A DNA stretch of 64,000 bases from Chloroflexota bacterium (GCA_043754535.1 JAYUUN010000084.1:1-64000); one strand, 5' to 3'. Shown: positions 45,999-57,084, counted from the first letter of the stretch. Notes: generated by a model not told the origin, from the letters alone. Numbers and translations are program-made.

Positions 45999-48900
45999 TT
46001 ACGGTTGCTGCGAACCAGGCAGGCCCGGTAGTGGCTGGGCGGGTTGGGCCGGGGCAGCAGGGCTACCACCAAGCTGGGTTACACGAGCCTGGATTTGCGC
46101 CTTCTCCTGCTGGTAGGCGGTCGAGTCGCCCTGGAACACGCTGTTAACCGCATTGGGGTCATTCAGGATCGCCACCATCTTCTGCAAGAGGCGCAATTCG
46201 TCCTGCGGCTTGCCGAGGCTGCTGTAGTGGCCGACCGCCAGGCGCATCACGTTGTACTGACCGCCGTCGATAGCAACAGACTGCTCCAATGCCGCCGCCG
46301 AAGCTGCCAGGTCGTTCTTCACCCAGTAGATGTAGCCGAGGAAGTTATAGGCGTTGGCGTTCTTAGCCTGCCCTCCCTTCCAGTAGGCAGCGGTGTCGCG
46401 TACCTTCACGAAGTCGCGGGTAGTCAGCAGGTCGTTCTGCATCACCAACCACTGCTTCTCTTCCTCTGCATTGCGCGGAGTAGTAACCAGTTTCAGGGCA
46501 TCAATCACCAGGCCGTCGGTCTTGTTGTCCACCAGATACTGGGCGCGAGCCTTCAACTCCTGCGAGTTGTCGTTGAAGATAGAGGGGTTGATCAGGGTGC
46601 CGCTGATCGTTGCCATGACGTTCAACTGTGGGTTGCCCAGCCCGCGTTCGATGTCGGCCCAAATTGGATAGCTGTTGTCGTAAACCGGGTCTACGTTGTC
46701 GATAGTGTGGCGGATCGACTTCTCTGCCTCAAGCAGCCATGTCTTCGCCTCCGGGTTGATCGCTGGAACCACTGGGGCCGTAGTGGGGCTGATCGTGCCA
46801 GTGTTGGTGACACTACCACTGGGGGTGACAACTCCAGTGCTGGTGATCGGACTGGTGGCAGCCACGTTCTGGGCGGCAATGGCATTGAGCAGCAGCGCAT
46901 AGCCACGCTCAGCCTGCGCCCGCTCATTCCAGAGTTGCGCGTTCTGCGGGCTAAGTTCGGTTGCCTTGCGGAAGCTGTCCACCCCCTGCTTGAGCTTGGC
47001 TGGGTCGCTCGTCACCTGCCCACCCCAATAGAGGTAGAGGCGGGCGAGGTTGGCGTAGTGGTCAGTGTTCATCGGGCTGATCGTCAGTGCCTTCTTCAGC
47101 GTCTCCTCAGCCTTGAGGATCAGCTGGCTCTGCGCCTGGGTGGTGCTGGTTTGATCCCACTGCACACCATCTGCCCGTGGGAAGCGTTGCGGGGCCTTTG
47201 ACCACTCCATGTAGGCACGACCCATGAACAGGTAGTAGTAGTCCTGGTCAGGTTGCTCCTTGATCGCTTGGTCGTAGATTTGCACACTCTGAGGCCAGTA
47301 GGATTGCGCGTCTGCACTAAGACCTTGCTTGTAGAGCATATCAGCGTGAACCAGGTTGACATTGACGCTGATCGTCAGGTAGAGGACGACGGCGGCAATC
47401 GCGGCGTAGATGGCGAGGTTGACTGGGTTGGCGATCCACTGGCTGCCTACCTGCGTGCGGTTGGCCTTTGCGCTGGGAGCAACCTGGCGACGTGCGGTAC
47501 TCTGGTTGGGGCGCACGATACGCGGGTCAGCCTTGGGTGCGTCAGGGCGCGGGGCGGCGGTGCTGCTGCGGGGGGAAGCCGCCTTTACTGCATCCGGGTT
47601 GCCCGTTGCATTGCCGTTGCTAGCGGGTAGGCTCTCCATATCTGCTGGAGTGACACTGGTGGTGCCGCCACTAGCGGGCTGACCGCTGCGAGCCGTGCGG
47701 CTGCTGCGTGGGGCGCGGCTGTTGCCGCCCGTCTGCCGCCCAGTGTTGCTAGCGAACATCATATTGGCGGGGGCAGAGCTGCCAGCCATTGCCATCGCTG
47801 GCACCAGGCCGGGGCCGGGCTTGAGGGCAGTCAAGATGCGGCTAAGTACATTGCTGTCGTTGGCCTTCTCCGCCTGCACGCGGGGCCGCTCGTTCTCTAC
47901 CAGCACACGGTCAACAAAGACGGCGAAGGCGATGAACAGGCCCATGTATGTGTAGAAGTAGGTATAGGTGGCCGCAATCTGGATACCGACCGAGACCTCG
48001 ATCAAGTGGGCGGCTACACCAGAGGCAAGAGCTAGCAGGAGCGTCTTGTTGATCAACGACTCGCTACGGCGGATGCTTCGCCAGACAAAGAAGAAGAAAG
48101 TGCCAATCATCAACAGGTAGAGAACAAGCATGACAAAGCCGCCGTTGATCAACTGATCAAGGTAGGCGTTGTGCGAACGATCTGGCGTAGCGTTGCGGAG
48201 TTCGACGTGAGCGAGGTCAGCGGGGTAATACTTGTTGTAGGCAACGTACATACTCTCTGGGCCGTAGCCAACCAGGGCGCGGCCAGGGCCAGAGCTGATC
48301 AACCCAACTGCTCCCTCCCAGATCAGCTTACGCACCTGAGCGGTAGTGGACTCGCGACCCTGGGCGAGGAAGGGTATCTTCTCTGTATCGAGCTTGTTCA
48401 AGCCTGGCACTGCCTTGATCAGGTCGGCGGCGAAGGGGGCAATCAGGGTGAGGGCCAGTCCAAGAGCAACGGCCAGTCCACCGAGGTTGAGCAACCAGCG
48501 GCGGCGGAGAAGGAAGGCCAGCACCCCCAGGCCAAAGAGGGCGAGCGAAGCGGCAAGACCAGCTAGCGGGCCGCGCGAGTGCGTCCAGTAGATGGTGAGG
48601 CAGACGAGCAGAAAGAGGGCAGCCATTGCCCCAAGTTGAGCGTAGGCGAAGACGCGGCTGCTGCTACGAGCAGTACCATAGACGTAGTTGAGCAGGTAGA
48701 AGACGGTAATCGCAGTAGGCAAGATGAACCAGAGACCGAAGTCGGGCCGCTGGTTGGCGGCGATCATCAGCAGCGCAAACCAGAGGATCACGCTCTGCAC
48801 GGCAGCCGTCACCGCATAACCTAGCACCATCAACCAGTCGTCCCCACTGGTGGTTGCTTCCAGGTCGCTGTCTTTACCCTGACGCAAGCGGTAGATCAGG

Positions 48901-49514
48901 CTGACGATCCGGTAGAGGATCAGAGGCACAACCATGATCTGCCAGGCACCGACGAAGATCGAGTTGCCCATTGTACTGGCGACCCGGTCGCTCACATCGC
49001 CTGCCCAGGGCAGGGGGTCGAGCTTATAGTGCTGGATTACGCCATAGAGCGAAACAGGGACGGCAGTCAATATCATAAAGGTAACTAGCCGCTCTACCTG
49101 CGCTCGCGTCCGCACGTTGAAGGCGATCACCAGGGCTAGCATAATGTAAGCGTACTGGCTGAACAAGCCCTGCAACCGCTGGTAGCTGCCATAGATGCTA
49201 GCACTGGGCGTGACGGAGAACGCACTGGTGACGAGATACCAGAGAGCGTAGAGGAGGATGGGCAGAAGCAGCGGCACGCGCCACCAGGGAGCCTGTTCAA
49301 CCCTCGCCCCATTACTACGCCCCGCGCTGATCTGCTCAATCAGCTTGATCGCCCAGGCCAGCACCGCGAACAGCACGATAGTGCGGAGCAGGGAGAGCTT
49401 GTCCGGCTCGAACACTCGACTGCTGTAGACGTTGAAAAAGAGTGGGGTGAAGACGATAGCCGCCAGCCACAGCCACTCCATAACCTTGTCGGCGATAAAA
49501 GCAAGTCTCGTCAC
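45999..49514 (-). CDS. O-antigen ligase-like (Wzy_C) membrane protein with C-terminal TPRs
   Basis: STMGNS, THSRG, R..IW, GYGPE and DRSHN motifs; TPR tail; GTG start after GGAGG. Confidence 0.85.
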   Translation of the reverse strand: MTRLAFIADKVMEWLWLAAIVFTPLFFNVYSSRVFEPDKLSLLRTIVLFAVLAWAIKLIEQISAGRSNGARVEQAPWWRVPLLLPILLYALWYLVTSAFSVTPSASIYGSYQRLQGLFSQYAYIMLALVIAFNVRTRAQVERLVTFMILTAVPVSLYGVIQHYKLDPLPWAGDVSDRVASTMGNSIFVGAWQIMVVPLILYRIVSLIYRLRQGKDSDLEATTSGDDWLMVLGYAVTAAVQSVILWFALLMIAANQRPDFGLWFILPTAITVFYLLNYVYGTARSSSRVFAYAQLGAMAALFLLVCLTIYWTHSRGPLAGLAASLALFGLGVLAFLLRRRWLLNLGGLAVALGLALTLIAPFAADLIKAVPGLNKLDTEKIPFLAQGRESTTAQVRKLIWEGAVGLISSGPGRALVGYGPESMYVAYNKYYPADLAHVELRNATPDRSHNAYLDQLINGGFVMLVLYLLMIGTFFFFVWRSIRRSESLINKTLLLALASGVAAHLIEVSVGIQIAATYTYFYTYMGLFIAFAVFVDRVLVENERPRVQAEKANDSNVLSRILTALKPGPGLVPAMAMAGSSAPANMMFASNTGRQTGGNSRAPRSSRTARSGQPASGGTTSVTPADMESLPASNGNATGNPDAVKAASPRSSTAAPRPDAPKADPRIVRPNQSTARRQVAPSAKANRTQVGSQWIANPVNLAIYAAIAAVVLYLTISVNVNLVHADMLYKQGLSADAQSYWPQSVQIYDQAIKEQPDQDYYYLFMGRAYMEWSKAPQRFPRADGVQWDQTSTTQAQSQLILKAEETLKKALTISPMNTDHYANLARLYLYWGGQVTSDPAKLKQGVDSFRKATELSPQNAQLWNERAQAERGYALLLNAIAAQNVAATSPITSTGVVTPSGSVTNTGTISPTTAPVVPAINPEAKTWLLEAEKSIRHTIDNVDPVYDNSYPIWADIERGLGNPQLNVMATISGTLINPSIFNDNSQELKARAQYLVDNKTDGLVIDALKLVTTPRNAEEEKQWLVMQNDLLTTRDFVKVRDTAAYWKGGQAKNANAYNFLGYIYWVKNDLAASAAALEQSVAIDGGQYNVMRLAVGHYSSLGKPQDELRLLQKMVAILNDPNAVNSVFQGDSTAYQQEKAQIQARVTQLGGSPAAPAQPAQPLPGLPGSQQP

Positions 49515-49658
49515 CAGAAACCTCCAGACTACTATGCAAAGATGGGCAGAGTACGCACAGTGCGCCCTACCGTTGATACGCCCCAGCAGGGCTGCGCGGT
49601 TTCGCCCACGCAAGGCTGCTCTCTCATAACAACGAGAGCAGCATAAAAGTCACATTGC

Positions 49659-51518
49659 TCAACCTACCTGGGCCAGCTCCGCCGACTTGTAGGCTTCGGC
49701 CTGGCGGATGATCTGGCGGGCGTTCTCTAGGCTGACGGCGGTCGGGTTGGGGCCACCGATCATGGCCGCTACCTCGTGGACGCGCTCCTCACCGTTGAGG
49801 GCATCAATATGGGTGCTGGTACGGCCAGCATTGACCTGCTTGCTGATCTTGAAGTGCTGGTCGCCGAAGGCAGCGATCTGCGGCAGGTGACTGATGCAGA
49901 TCACCTGGTGGTGGTCGGTCAGGCTCCACAGCTTCTCGCCAACAACCTGACCGCTGCGCCCACCCACACCAACATCTACCTCGTCGAAGATCAGGGTAGG
50001 GGTGGCATCCGCTGCACTGAGGATCGCCTTGATCGCCAGCATCAGGCGGCTGGTTTCGCCACCAGAGGCGATCTTTGCCAGCGGCTTGAGCGGTTCACCA
50101 GGGTTGGACGCAAGCAGAAACTCTACCTTGTCCACCCCCCGCTCATTAAAAGCATAGCGACCGGCTGTGTCATCGCTGCGGCCATCCAGGTTCAGCACGT
50201 CGGGCGGTAGGGCTACGCCGTCGCGGTCGGGCGTGTGGTTGATCGCCACGTAGATTTGCACGCGGGCCATGTTGAGGTCGGCCATTGACCGCTCGATAGC
50301 GCGGGCCAGCTCGTCGCCCGACCGCCTGCGCGCCCGCGTCAGTTCGGCAGCCATTGCCCCGATCTCGGCCAGCAAACCATCCTCGCGCGCCTGCAACTCG
50401 ATCACCCGCTCCTCGCTGTGGCTAATGCCGTCCAACTCGCTGGCGGCCCGCTGACCAAACTCGATGATCTCGGCCAGGCTCGGCCCATACTTGCGCTTGA
50501 GCAGGCTAAAGAGGCTAATGCGCTCCTCAATATACTCCAGGCGAGCGGGGTCATGCTCGATCCCGTCGCGGTAGTGGCGCAGGGCCTTCGCCAGATCGTT
50601 CACCTGGTCAACCAGGGTAGTGATCGTCGCCTCCTGTTCGGTCAGGCGGCTATCGTAGCGGGCCAGCTCGGCCATTGCCCCAGCTACCTCGTTGAGCGCG
50701 TCGATCACCGCCTTCGCGCCAGGGGTCGGCACCCCCTTTGCCCCCTTACGGCTGGTCGGTGCATCGAACTCGGCTGCCGCTTCGTCACTGCTCTCATAGA
50801 GGATGGTGTATGCAGCAGAAGCGAGGCTGTCCAACCGCTCGGCATTGCTCAACAGCTGACGTTCGTTCACCAACTCGTCATCTTCACCAACCCGCAAACC
50901 AGCCTTCTCGATCTCCTCCACCTGGTAGGTAAGCAGGTCGGCCCGGCGGGCTAGTTCGCGCTCATCTTTCTGCAAGCCGTGCAACTCGCGGCGCACTGCC
51001 CGCAGGGTGGCAACCTTTGCGGCGTAGTGTTCGCGCTGGCTAGTCAGGCCCGCGTACTGGTCTAGCAGTTCAATGTGTTCGCTGCTGCGAAGCAGGCTAG
51101 CGTGTTCGTTCTGCCCATGGATGTCGATCAGGTGTTCGCCCACCTTCTGCATGATAGCGAGACTGACGGCCCGGCCATTGATGCGGGCCACGCTGCGACC
51201 ACTGGCGTTGATGTCGCGGCTGACTATCACCTGCGCGATCTCTGCCTCGTCCGCCAACCCATTTTCGCGCAGCAGGGGAAAGAGTGGGTGGTCGGCGGTG
51301 AGGTCGCTGAGATCGAACAGCCCCTCTACGTGGGCCTGCGGCTGGCCGCTACGGATGAACTCGGCCCCGATCTTCTGGCCCAGCAAGGCACCCACCGCGT
51401 CAATGATGATCGACTTGCCCGCGCCAGTCTCCCCAGTCAGGGCGTTGAAGCCCGGCCCCAGCCCCAGGCGCAGGTGATCAATGATCGCAAAGTTGGCAAT
51501 GTCTAGTTCTATCAGCAA
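49659..51518 (-). CDS. recN: DNA repair protein RecN
   Basis: TGETGAGKS, IHGQNEH, ASGGETSR, FDEVD and SHLPQ motifs. Confidence 0.97.
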   Translation of the reverse strand: MLIELDIANFAIIDHLRLGLGPGFNALTGETGAGKSIIIDAVGALLGQKIGAEFIRSGQPQAHVEGLFDLSDLTADHPLFPLLRENGLADEAEIAQVIVSRDINASGRSVARINGRAVSLAIMQKVGEHLIDIHGQNEHASLLRSSEHIELLDQYAGLTSQREHYAAKVATLRAVRRELHGLQKDERELARRADLLTYQVEEIEKAGLRVGEDDELVNERQLLSNAERLDSLASAAYTILYESSDEAAAEFDAPTSRKGAKGVPTPGAKAVIDALNEVAGAMAELARYDSRLTEQEATITTLVDQVNDLAKALRHYRDGIEHDPARLEYIEERISLFSLLKRKYGPSLAEIIEFGQRAASELDGISHSEERVIELQAREDGLLAEIGAMAAELTRARRRSGDELARAIERSMADLNMARVQIYVAINHTPDRDGVALPPDVLNLDGRSDDTAGRYAFNERGVDKVEFLLASNPGEPLKPLAKIASGGETSRLMLAIKAILSAADATPTLIFDEVDVGVGGRSGQVVGEKLWSLTDHHQVICISHLPQIAAFGDQHFKISKQVNAGRTSTHIDALNGEERVHEVAAMIGGPNPTAVSLENARQIIRQAEAYKSAELAQVG

Positions 51519-51664
51519 GCTGATCACCCATCCTCTAGTTCCCTGTAAGCCGCTGCGCCCGCCGCTTTCGTGGCACACAGAAGCTCGCGCCAATGCAGAC
51601 AGGCTGTAGCTATATTAACATATTGAGCGCACTTTGGCAATTCTGTACTACTTGAGAGGCAAAA

Positions 51665-51759
51665 TGGCGAGGGTGCATAGGAGTCGAACCCACCTGCGCC
51701 CGTCCAGGACGCACAACGGTTTTGAAGACCGCAGACCCCACCGGGGATCAACCACCCCC
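51665..51759 (-). tRNA. selC: tRNA-Sec (anticodon UCA)
   Basis: 95 nt; 6-bp D stem with a 4-nt loop, CUUCAAA anticodon loop, long variable arm, UUCGACU T loop, G discriminator and encoded CCA. Confidence 0.93.
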
Positions 51760-51817
51760 ATAGACTGACTACAAGCTACGGCAGGGCGTGCGCCAGCCCA
51801 CCCTGCCGCAGCCTAGC

Positions 51818-53215
51818 TCATTGTGGGTTGAACAGCCGCCCAATATCGCTGATCGAAACGACCAGGATGAAGACCATCAGGATGGCGAAGCCAATAAAGT
51901 GGATCGTTCCCTCCAGGCGTGGTGGGATGCGGCGCACCCCGAATGGGCGCAGCAGCAGTTCGATCAACACAAAGAAGAAGCGGCCACCGTCGAGGGCGGG
52001 GAAGGGTAGCATATTGACGACGAACAAGTTGACCCCCAGGAAGCCCATTAGACTAAGCAGGCCGATGAAACCGCCATTCTGCGCTACCTGGTTGGTGAGT
52101 GCGCCGATGCCGACCGGCCCGCTGAGGTTGGTGACGGGTTGGCTGCCCTGGAACAGTGCCTTGAAGGTGGCGACCATCTGGCCGAAGGTGTTGCCCAGCC
52201 GATTAAAGCCTTCACCAACCGCCCCGATCACCCCGTAAGAGATACGTTCGGTTGGGATAGCTATAACTGCGTCGTTGAGGAATGCACGAGCCGAGGGGCT
52301 ACCGTTGGTACGCAATGGCAGGGTAATCGGTACGCTGCTGATCACCGCCTGCTCCTTACCGCGCAGCACGGTGAGGCTGGCCGAGGTCTTGCCAAGCAGA
52401 GCCTGGTTGAGAGCAAGGCTATCGGAGATGGGCTGCTTGACCACTGACTTGCCGTCTACCGCCAGGATCAGGTCGCCATTGCGTAGCCCCGCCTTCTCGC
52501 TAGGGCTGCCCCCCGCCAGGTGGTCTACCTTCAGGCTGTCAAAGAGGTCGAGGCTTTCAATACCTACCGAACCCTGTCCCTTCTCTGGCTTACGCGGCAC
52601 GACGTTGATCGTCTGCTGCTGGCCGTCGCGCCGGACAACGAGCGGGACTTTGTAGCCGATGTTCAGTTGGGCTTCTATAGAGAGGTCGCTGATCGTCTTG
52701 ACTGTCTTGCCGTTCGCGCTTACCAACAGATCGCCCGCCTTGAGGCCTGCTGCCGATGCCGGGCTGTCGGGTTGCACGTAGAGGATAGCCTGCTGGGTTT
52801 GTGGCACCTGCGTGCCGTTGAACAGGGCAAGGAAGCTGAAGATCAGCACTGCTGTAACAAGATTGACGAACGAACCAGCCGCCAGGATAATTAGCCGCTG
52901 CCAGGCTGGTTTGTGGACGAAGGCGTTGGGGTCGCTAGACTCGCCATCCTCTCCCTCCATGCGAACGAAGCCGCCGATGGGCAGCCAGTTGAGCGTGTAC
53001 GCAACCCCAGTCTTCTTGCTGACAAAGAGGGTGCGAGCCTTGGGCGGGAAGCCGATGCCAAACTCATGCACCGTAACCCCAAACAGGCGGGCAGTGAGGA
53101 AGTGGCCGTACTCGTGGGTGAGAACGAGGAGAAAGAGGATCGGGACGAGCAGCAGGATCGCTGTGATCACCCCAGTAATTGCTTCTACCAATGTGTGTTT
53201 CCTTCCTGCGTGCAT
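51818..53215 (-). CDS. rseP: RseP-like M50 site-2 protease with two PDZ domains
   Basis: HEYGH, LPIGGFV, AGSFVN and NMLPFPALDGG motifs. Confidence 0.93.
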   Translation of the reverse strand: MHAGRKHTLVEAITGVITAILLLVPILFLLVLTHEYGHFLTARLFGVTVHEFGIGFPPKARTLFVSKKTGVAYTLNWLPIGGFVRMEGEDGESSDPNAFVHKPAWQRLIILAAGSFVNLVTAVLIFSFLALFNGTQVPQTQQAILYVQPDSPASAAGLKAGDLLVSANGKTVKTISDLSIEAQLNIGYKVPLVVRRDGQQQTINVVPRKPEKGQGSVGIESLDLFDSLKVDHLAGGSPSEKAGLRNGDLILAVDGKSVVKQPISDSLALNQALLGKTSASLTVLRGKEQAVISSVPITLPLRTNGSPSARAFLNDAVIAIPTERISYGVIGAVGEGFNRLGNTFGQMVATFKALFQGSQPVTNLSGPVGIGALTNQVAQNGGFIGLLSLMGFLGVNLFVVNMLPFPALDGGRFFFVLIELLLRPFGVRRIPPRLEGTIHFIGFAILMVFILVVSISDIGRLFNPQ

Positions 53216-53246
53216 GGCACTCTAGCAGCGGGACATAGTCGAGTAA

Positions 53247-54167
53247 TTATACACCATCACCTGTTAGGCTGCTAGTTTGGCAGATTAGATGCTGGTTAGA
53301 TGCTGGGCGGCGTAATAGAGGCGGCCAGATGTTGATCACGAAGTAGACAAGAGGGGCTAGCAGGGCCAGATGGTGATAGAGGGGCAGCAGCCAGCCGTCT
53401 GCCCCAGGGGGGATCAGCAACCTTTGGCTGTATGTCGCCAAGAGCAGGGCAACGAAACTGGCGGTGGTCAGGGTAGCAACCGCCCAACCGAAGTACAGTG
53501 CATCGCCTGCGCTAAAGAGGATGGCGACTAGCGGCAGCAGCCAGCCAGCGTAGCGAGGGAAGGCGCGGGCGATGAAGTAGCCGCTGGCGTTGGCTAGCAG
53601 CAGAACGATCACCACCTGGGCAGCCTGGCTGGTGGCGGGGGCTGGGCTGATCGGCCAACCTACATCGCTGAGGCTAGGCAGGTGGTGGGCCTGCCACTCG
53701 CTGAGGATGTTGGCTAGCAGAGGGTTGGCGGCAGGGCTGTGGTCTGTGCTGGCGGGCAGGTAAAAGAGGTGCAGCAGATAGGAGGAGAGCAGACCTCCGT
53801 AGAGCGCGCCAACGACGGTCAAGGCCCAGTTCAGCACGGCCTGGCGGGTGTCGCGTTCGCTCAAGCGACTGACGAGGGTAAAGACAACGATTACCGCGAC
53901 GACCACGACGTTGATCATCGCCAGGTTGCTCTCACCCCTCTGCAAGCGTTGGGCTTCGGCATAGGTGAGGGAGAGCGAAAAGTAGAGGGCGGCCACCAGC
54001 CCCACCCCAAACGATGGCTGGTAGCCGCTGCGCCCGAACAGGCGGTAGAGGGCAATGGTGGCGGCGGCGGTAAGGATGATCACTGCGAGGGGGAAGAACG
54101 GCCCACCCAACCACGCAGCAGCAGCAAGTAGCAGCAGTACCACCAGTTGGGGCAGAGAGGCTGGCAT
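53247..54167 (-). CDS. Degenerate CdsA-like membrane protein
   Basis: Lies between uppS and rseP with a CdsA-like TM layout, but the signature motifs are lost. Confidence 0.65.
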   Translation of the reverse strand: MPASLPQLVVLLLLAAAAWLGGPFFPLAVIILTAAATIALYRLFGRSGYQPSFGVGLVAALYFSLSLTYAEAQRLQRGESNLAMINVVVVAVIVVFTLVSRLSERDTRQAVLNWALTVVGALYGGLLSSYLLHLFYLPASTDHSPAANPLLANILSEWQAHHLPSLSDVGWPISPAPATSQAAQVVIVLLLANASGYFIARAFPRYAGWLLPLVAILFSAGDALYFGWAVATLTTASFVALLLATYSQRLLIPPGADGWLLPLYHHLALLAPLVYFVINIWPPLLRRPASNQHLICQTSSLTGDGV

Positions 54168-54953
54168 CTAACTGGCTTCAGTGGCTTCGGCAGGGCTGAT
54201 CTGCTCGGCCATAATTACTGTGCCAAACTTGCGCTGGCGTTGGGTGTAGGCAACCAGTGCCTCATAGAAGGCCGCCTCGTCAAAGTCGGGCCAGTAGACC
54301 TGGGTGGCCCAGTACTCGCTGTAGGCAGACTGCCAGAGCAGGAAGTTGGAGAGCCGCCATTCACCAGCGGTGCGGATGATCAGATCAGGGTCGGGCAGGC
54401 CGCCAGTGTAGAGGTAGCGGCTGATTAGCTCCTCGGTGATCTCGGTGGGCGGGTGGCCCTCGGCGGTGATACGCTGCACGGCCTGGGCAATGTCGGCGCG
54501 ACCCCCGTAGTTGAAGGCCACGCAGAGGTGGAGGCGGTCGTTGTTGCGCGTCAACTCCACCGACTCGGCGATAGAGTGGTCGAGGCCGTGCGGCAGGTTG
54601 GCGGTGGAGCCAATATGACGGATGCGCACCCCGTTCTCGTTGAGGATCGGGGTCTCGCGGCGGATACCGTCGCCCAGGATACGCATAATGCCATCTACCT
54701 CGGCGGCTGGTCGGTTCCAGTTCTCGGTGGAGAAGGCGTAGACGGTCAGGTACTTAATGCCCATCCGCACACAGAACTGGACGGTGCGGCGGATGTTCTC
54801 GGTGCCTGCCTTGTGGCCGGAGACGCGCGGCAGGTTGCGTTGGCGCGCCCAGCGTCCGTTGCCGTCCATGATGATCGCAACGTGCTGCGGCATGGGGCTG
54901 AGGGGTTGGAACTGGCTAGCCTGTTCGGTTGTCGCTTGCTGCACCGTGTCCAT
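54168..54953 (-). CDS. uppS: Undecaprenyl diphosphate synthase
   Basis: HVAIIMDGNGRW, YAFSTENW, NYGGR and IRTAGEWRLSNF motifs. Confidence 0.97.
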   Translation of the reverse strand: MDTVQQATTEQASQFQPLSPMPQHVAIIMDGNGRWARQRNLPRVSGHKAGTENIRRTVQFCVRMGIKYLTVYAFSTENWNRPAAEVDGIMRILGDGIRRETPILNENGVRIRHIGSTANLPHGLDHSIAESVELTRNNDRLHLCVAFNYGGRADIAQAVQRITAEGHPPTEITEELISRYLYTGGLPDPDLIIRTAGEWRLSNFLLWQSAYSEYWATQVYWPDFDEAAFYEALVAYTQRQRKFGTVIMAEQISPAEATEAS

Positions 54954-55010
54954 AGCGGCGTGCGCCTCTCTGCGGTGTCGGTCGTTGGTGGGTTGGCGGC
55001 AGGTGGTCGG

Positions 55011-55568
55011 TCAGACCTCCATGATCTCCTGCTCTTTGTTCGTGCCTACGCCGTCTGCTTCCTTGACGAACTTATCCACCAACTGCTGCACTTTGTCCTC
55101 GGCCCGCTTCTGCTCATCCTCGGAGATTTCCTTCTCCTTTACCAAATCCTTGATCATCGTCATTGCGTCGCGGCGGACGTTGCGGAGGGAGATGTGGCAC
55201 TCCTCTACGTGGCTCTTGACCTGCTTGGCAAGCTCCTTGCGCCGTTCGCTGGTAAGGGGCTGCATTATCAGGCGGATCACCTTGCCGTCGTTGGTCGGGT
55301 TGACCCCCAGGTTGGCGGTCTGCAAGGCCTTCTCGATAGCGTTCATTGCCGTCTTATCGAAGGGCTGGATCAGCAGCATCCGCCCTTCGGGGACGCTGAT
55401 CTGCGCCATGTCGCGCAGGTTGGTGGGCGTGCCGTAGTATTCTACCTGGATGCGCTCGATCAGCGAGGTTTGGGCGCGCCCAGTGCGGATCGTTTGCAGG
55501 TGGTGGCGGAGGGCATCTATGGCCTTCTTCATCCGCTCGTCTGCATCAGCCATTATGTCTTCAATCAT
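55011..55568 (-). CDS. frr: Ribosome recycling factor
   Basis: IRTGRA, YYG, LTSERRKEL and RNVRRD motifs. Confidence 0.97.
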   Translation of the reverse strand: MIEDIMADADERMKKAIDALRHHLQTIRTGRAQTSLIERIQVEYYGTPTNLRDMAQISVPEGRMLLIQPFDKTAMNAIEKALQTANLGVNPTNDGKVIRLIMQPLTSERRKELAKQVKSHVEECHISLRNVRRDAMTMIKDLVKEKEISEDEQKRAEDKVQQLVDKFVKEADGVGTNKEQEIMEV

Positions 55569-55646
55569 CGCTAGGTTCCTTTAGCTGGTTGACGGTTGCT
55601 AGTGGGTTGCGTGCCTCAAGCTAGAACACGGCGGACGGCGGGCTGC

Positions 55647-56534
<888 letters not shown>

Positions 56535-56571
56535 TTACCCTCTCCCAGCCTCCCCAGGGGGAGCGGTGCAA

Positions 56572-57084
56572 CTACTCTGCGCCGATCTCGAAGCGGGCGA
56601 AGCGGCGGACGCTGATATTCTCGCCGAGGCGGGCGGCTGCTTCCTTGATCAAGGCTTCGATGGTCTTCTTGTTGTCCTTGATGAAGGGCTGGTGCATGAG
56701 GGAGATTTCTTCGGGGCTGCCCTCAACCGCCACTTCATCCTGCGACAGGTTGATCAACTTGGGGTTCATGCTGGCGACCTGCATGGCGATATCTTTGGCT
56801 AGCTGGGTAAAAAGTTCGTTGCGCGCCACGAAGTCAGTCTCACAGGTCAGTTCGACCAATGAACCAATCCGACTGCCATTGTGGATGTAGGCGTAGACGA
56901 TACCCTGGTTCATGGCGCGCCCGCTGGTGAGCATCTTCTCGCCCTTAACCTGCTTGCGCTCCTCAAGGATAGTCATGGCCTTCTTTGCGTCACCGTCGGC
57001 TTCTACCAGCGCATCCTTGCACTGCTTTGGGCCTGCGCCGCTCAGCTCGCGCAGTTCCTTGACCATCTGGGCCGTGATTTCCAA
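56572..57084 (-). CDS. tsf: Elongation factor Ts, short form
   Basis: VKELRELSGAG, CETDFVA and VRRFARFEIG motifs. Confidence 0.95.
   Translation of the reverse strand: MEITAQMVKELRELSGAGPKQCKDALVEADGDAKKAMTILEERKQVKGEKMLTSGRAMNQGIVYAYIHNGSRIGSLVELTCETDFVARNELFTQLAKDIAMQVASMNPKLINLSQDEVAVEGSPEEISLMHQPFIKDNKKTIEALIKEAAARLGENISVRRFARFEIGAE

Noticed and set aside
49577..49604. Second ECF promoter GAAAC...CGTA upstream of the O-ligase-like gene
   Set aside because: The 18-bp spacer is longer than expected and GC-rich, so support is weak
56572..57084. EF-Ts appears truncated
   Set aside because: Short EF-Ts is a known natural form in several phyla, and the N- and C-terminal motifs are intact
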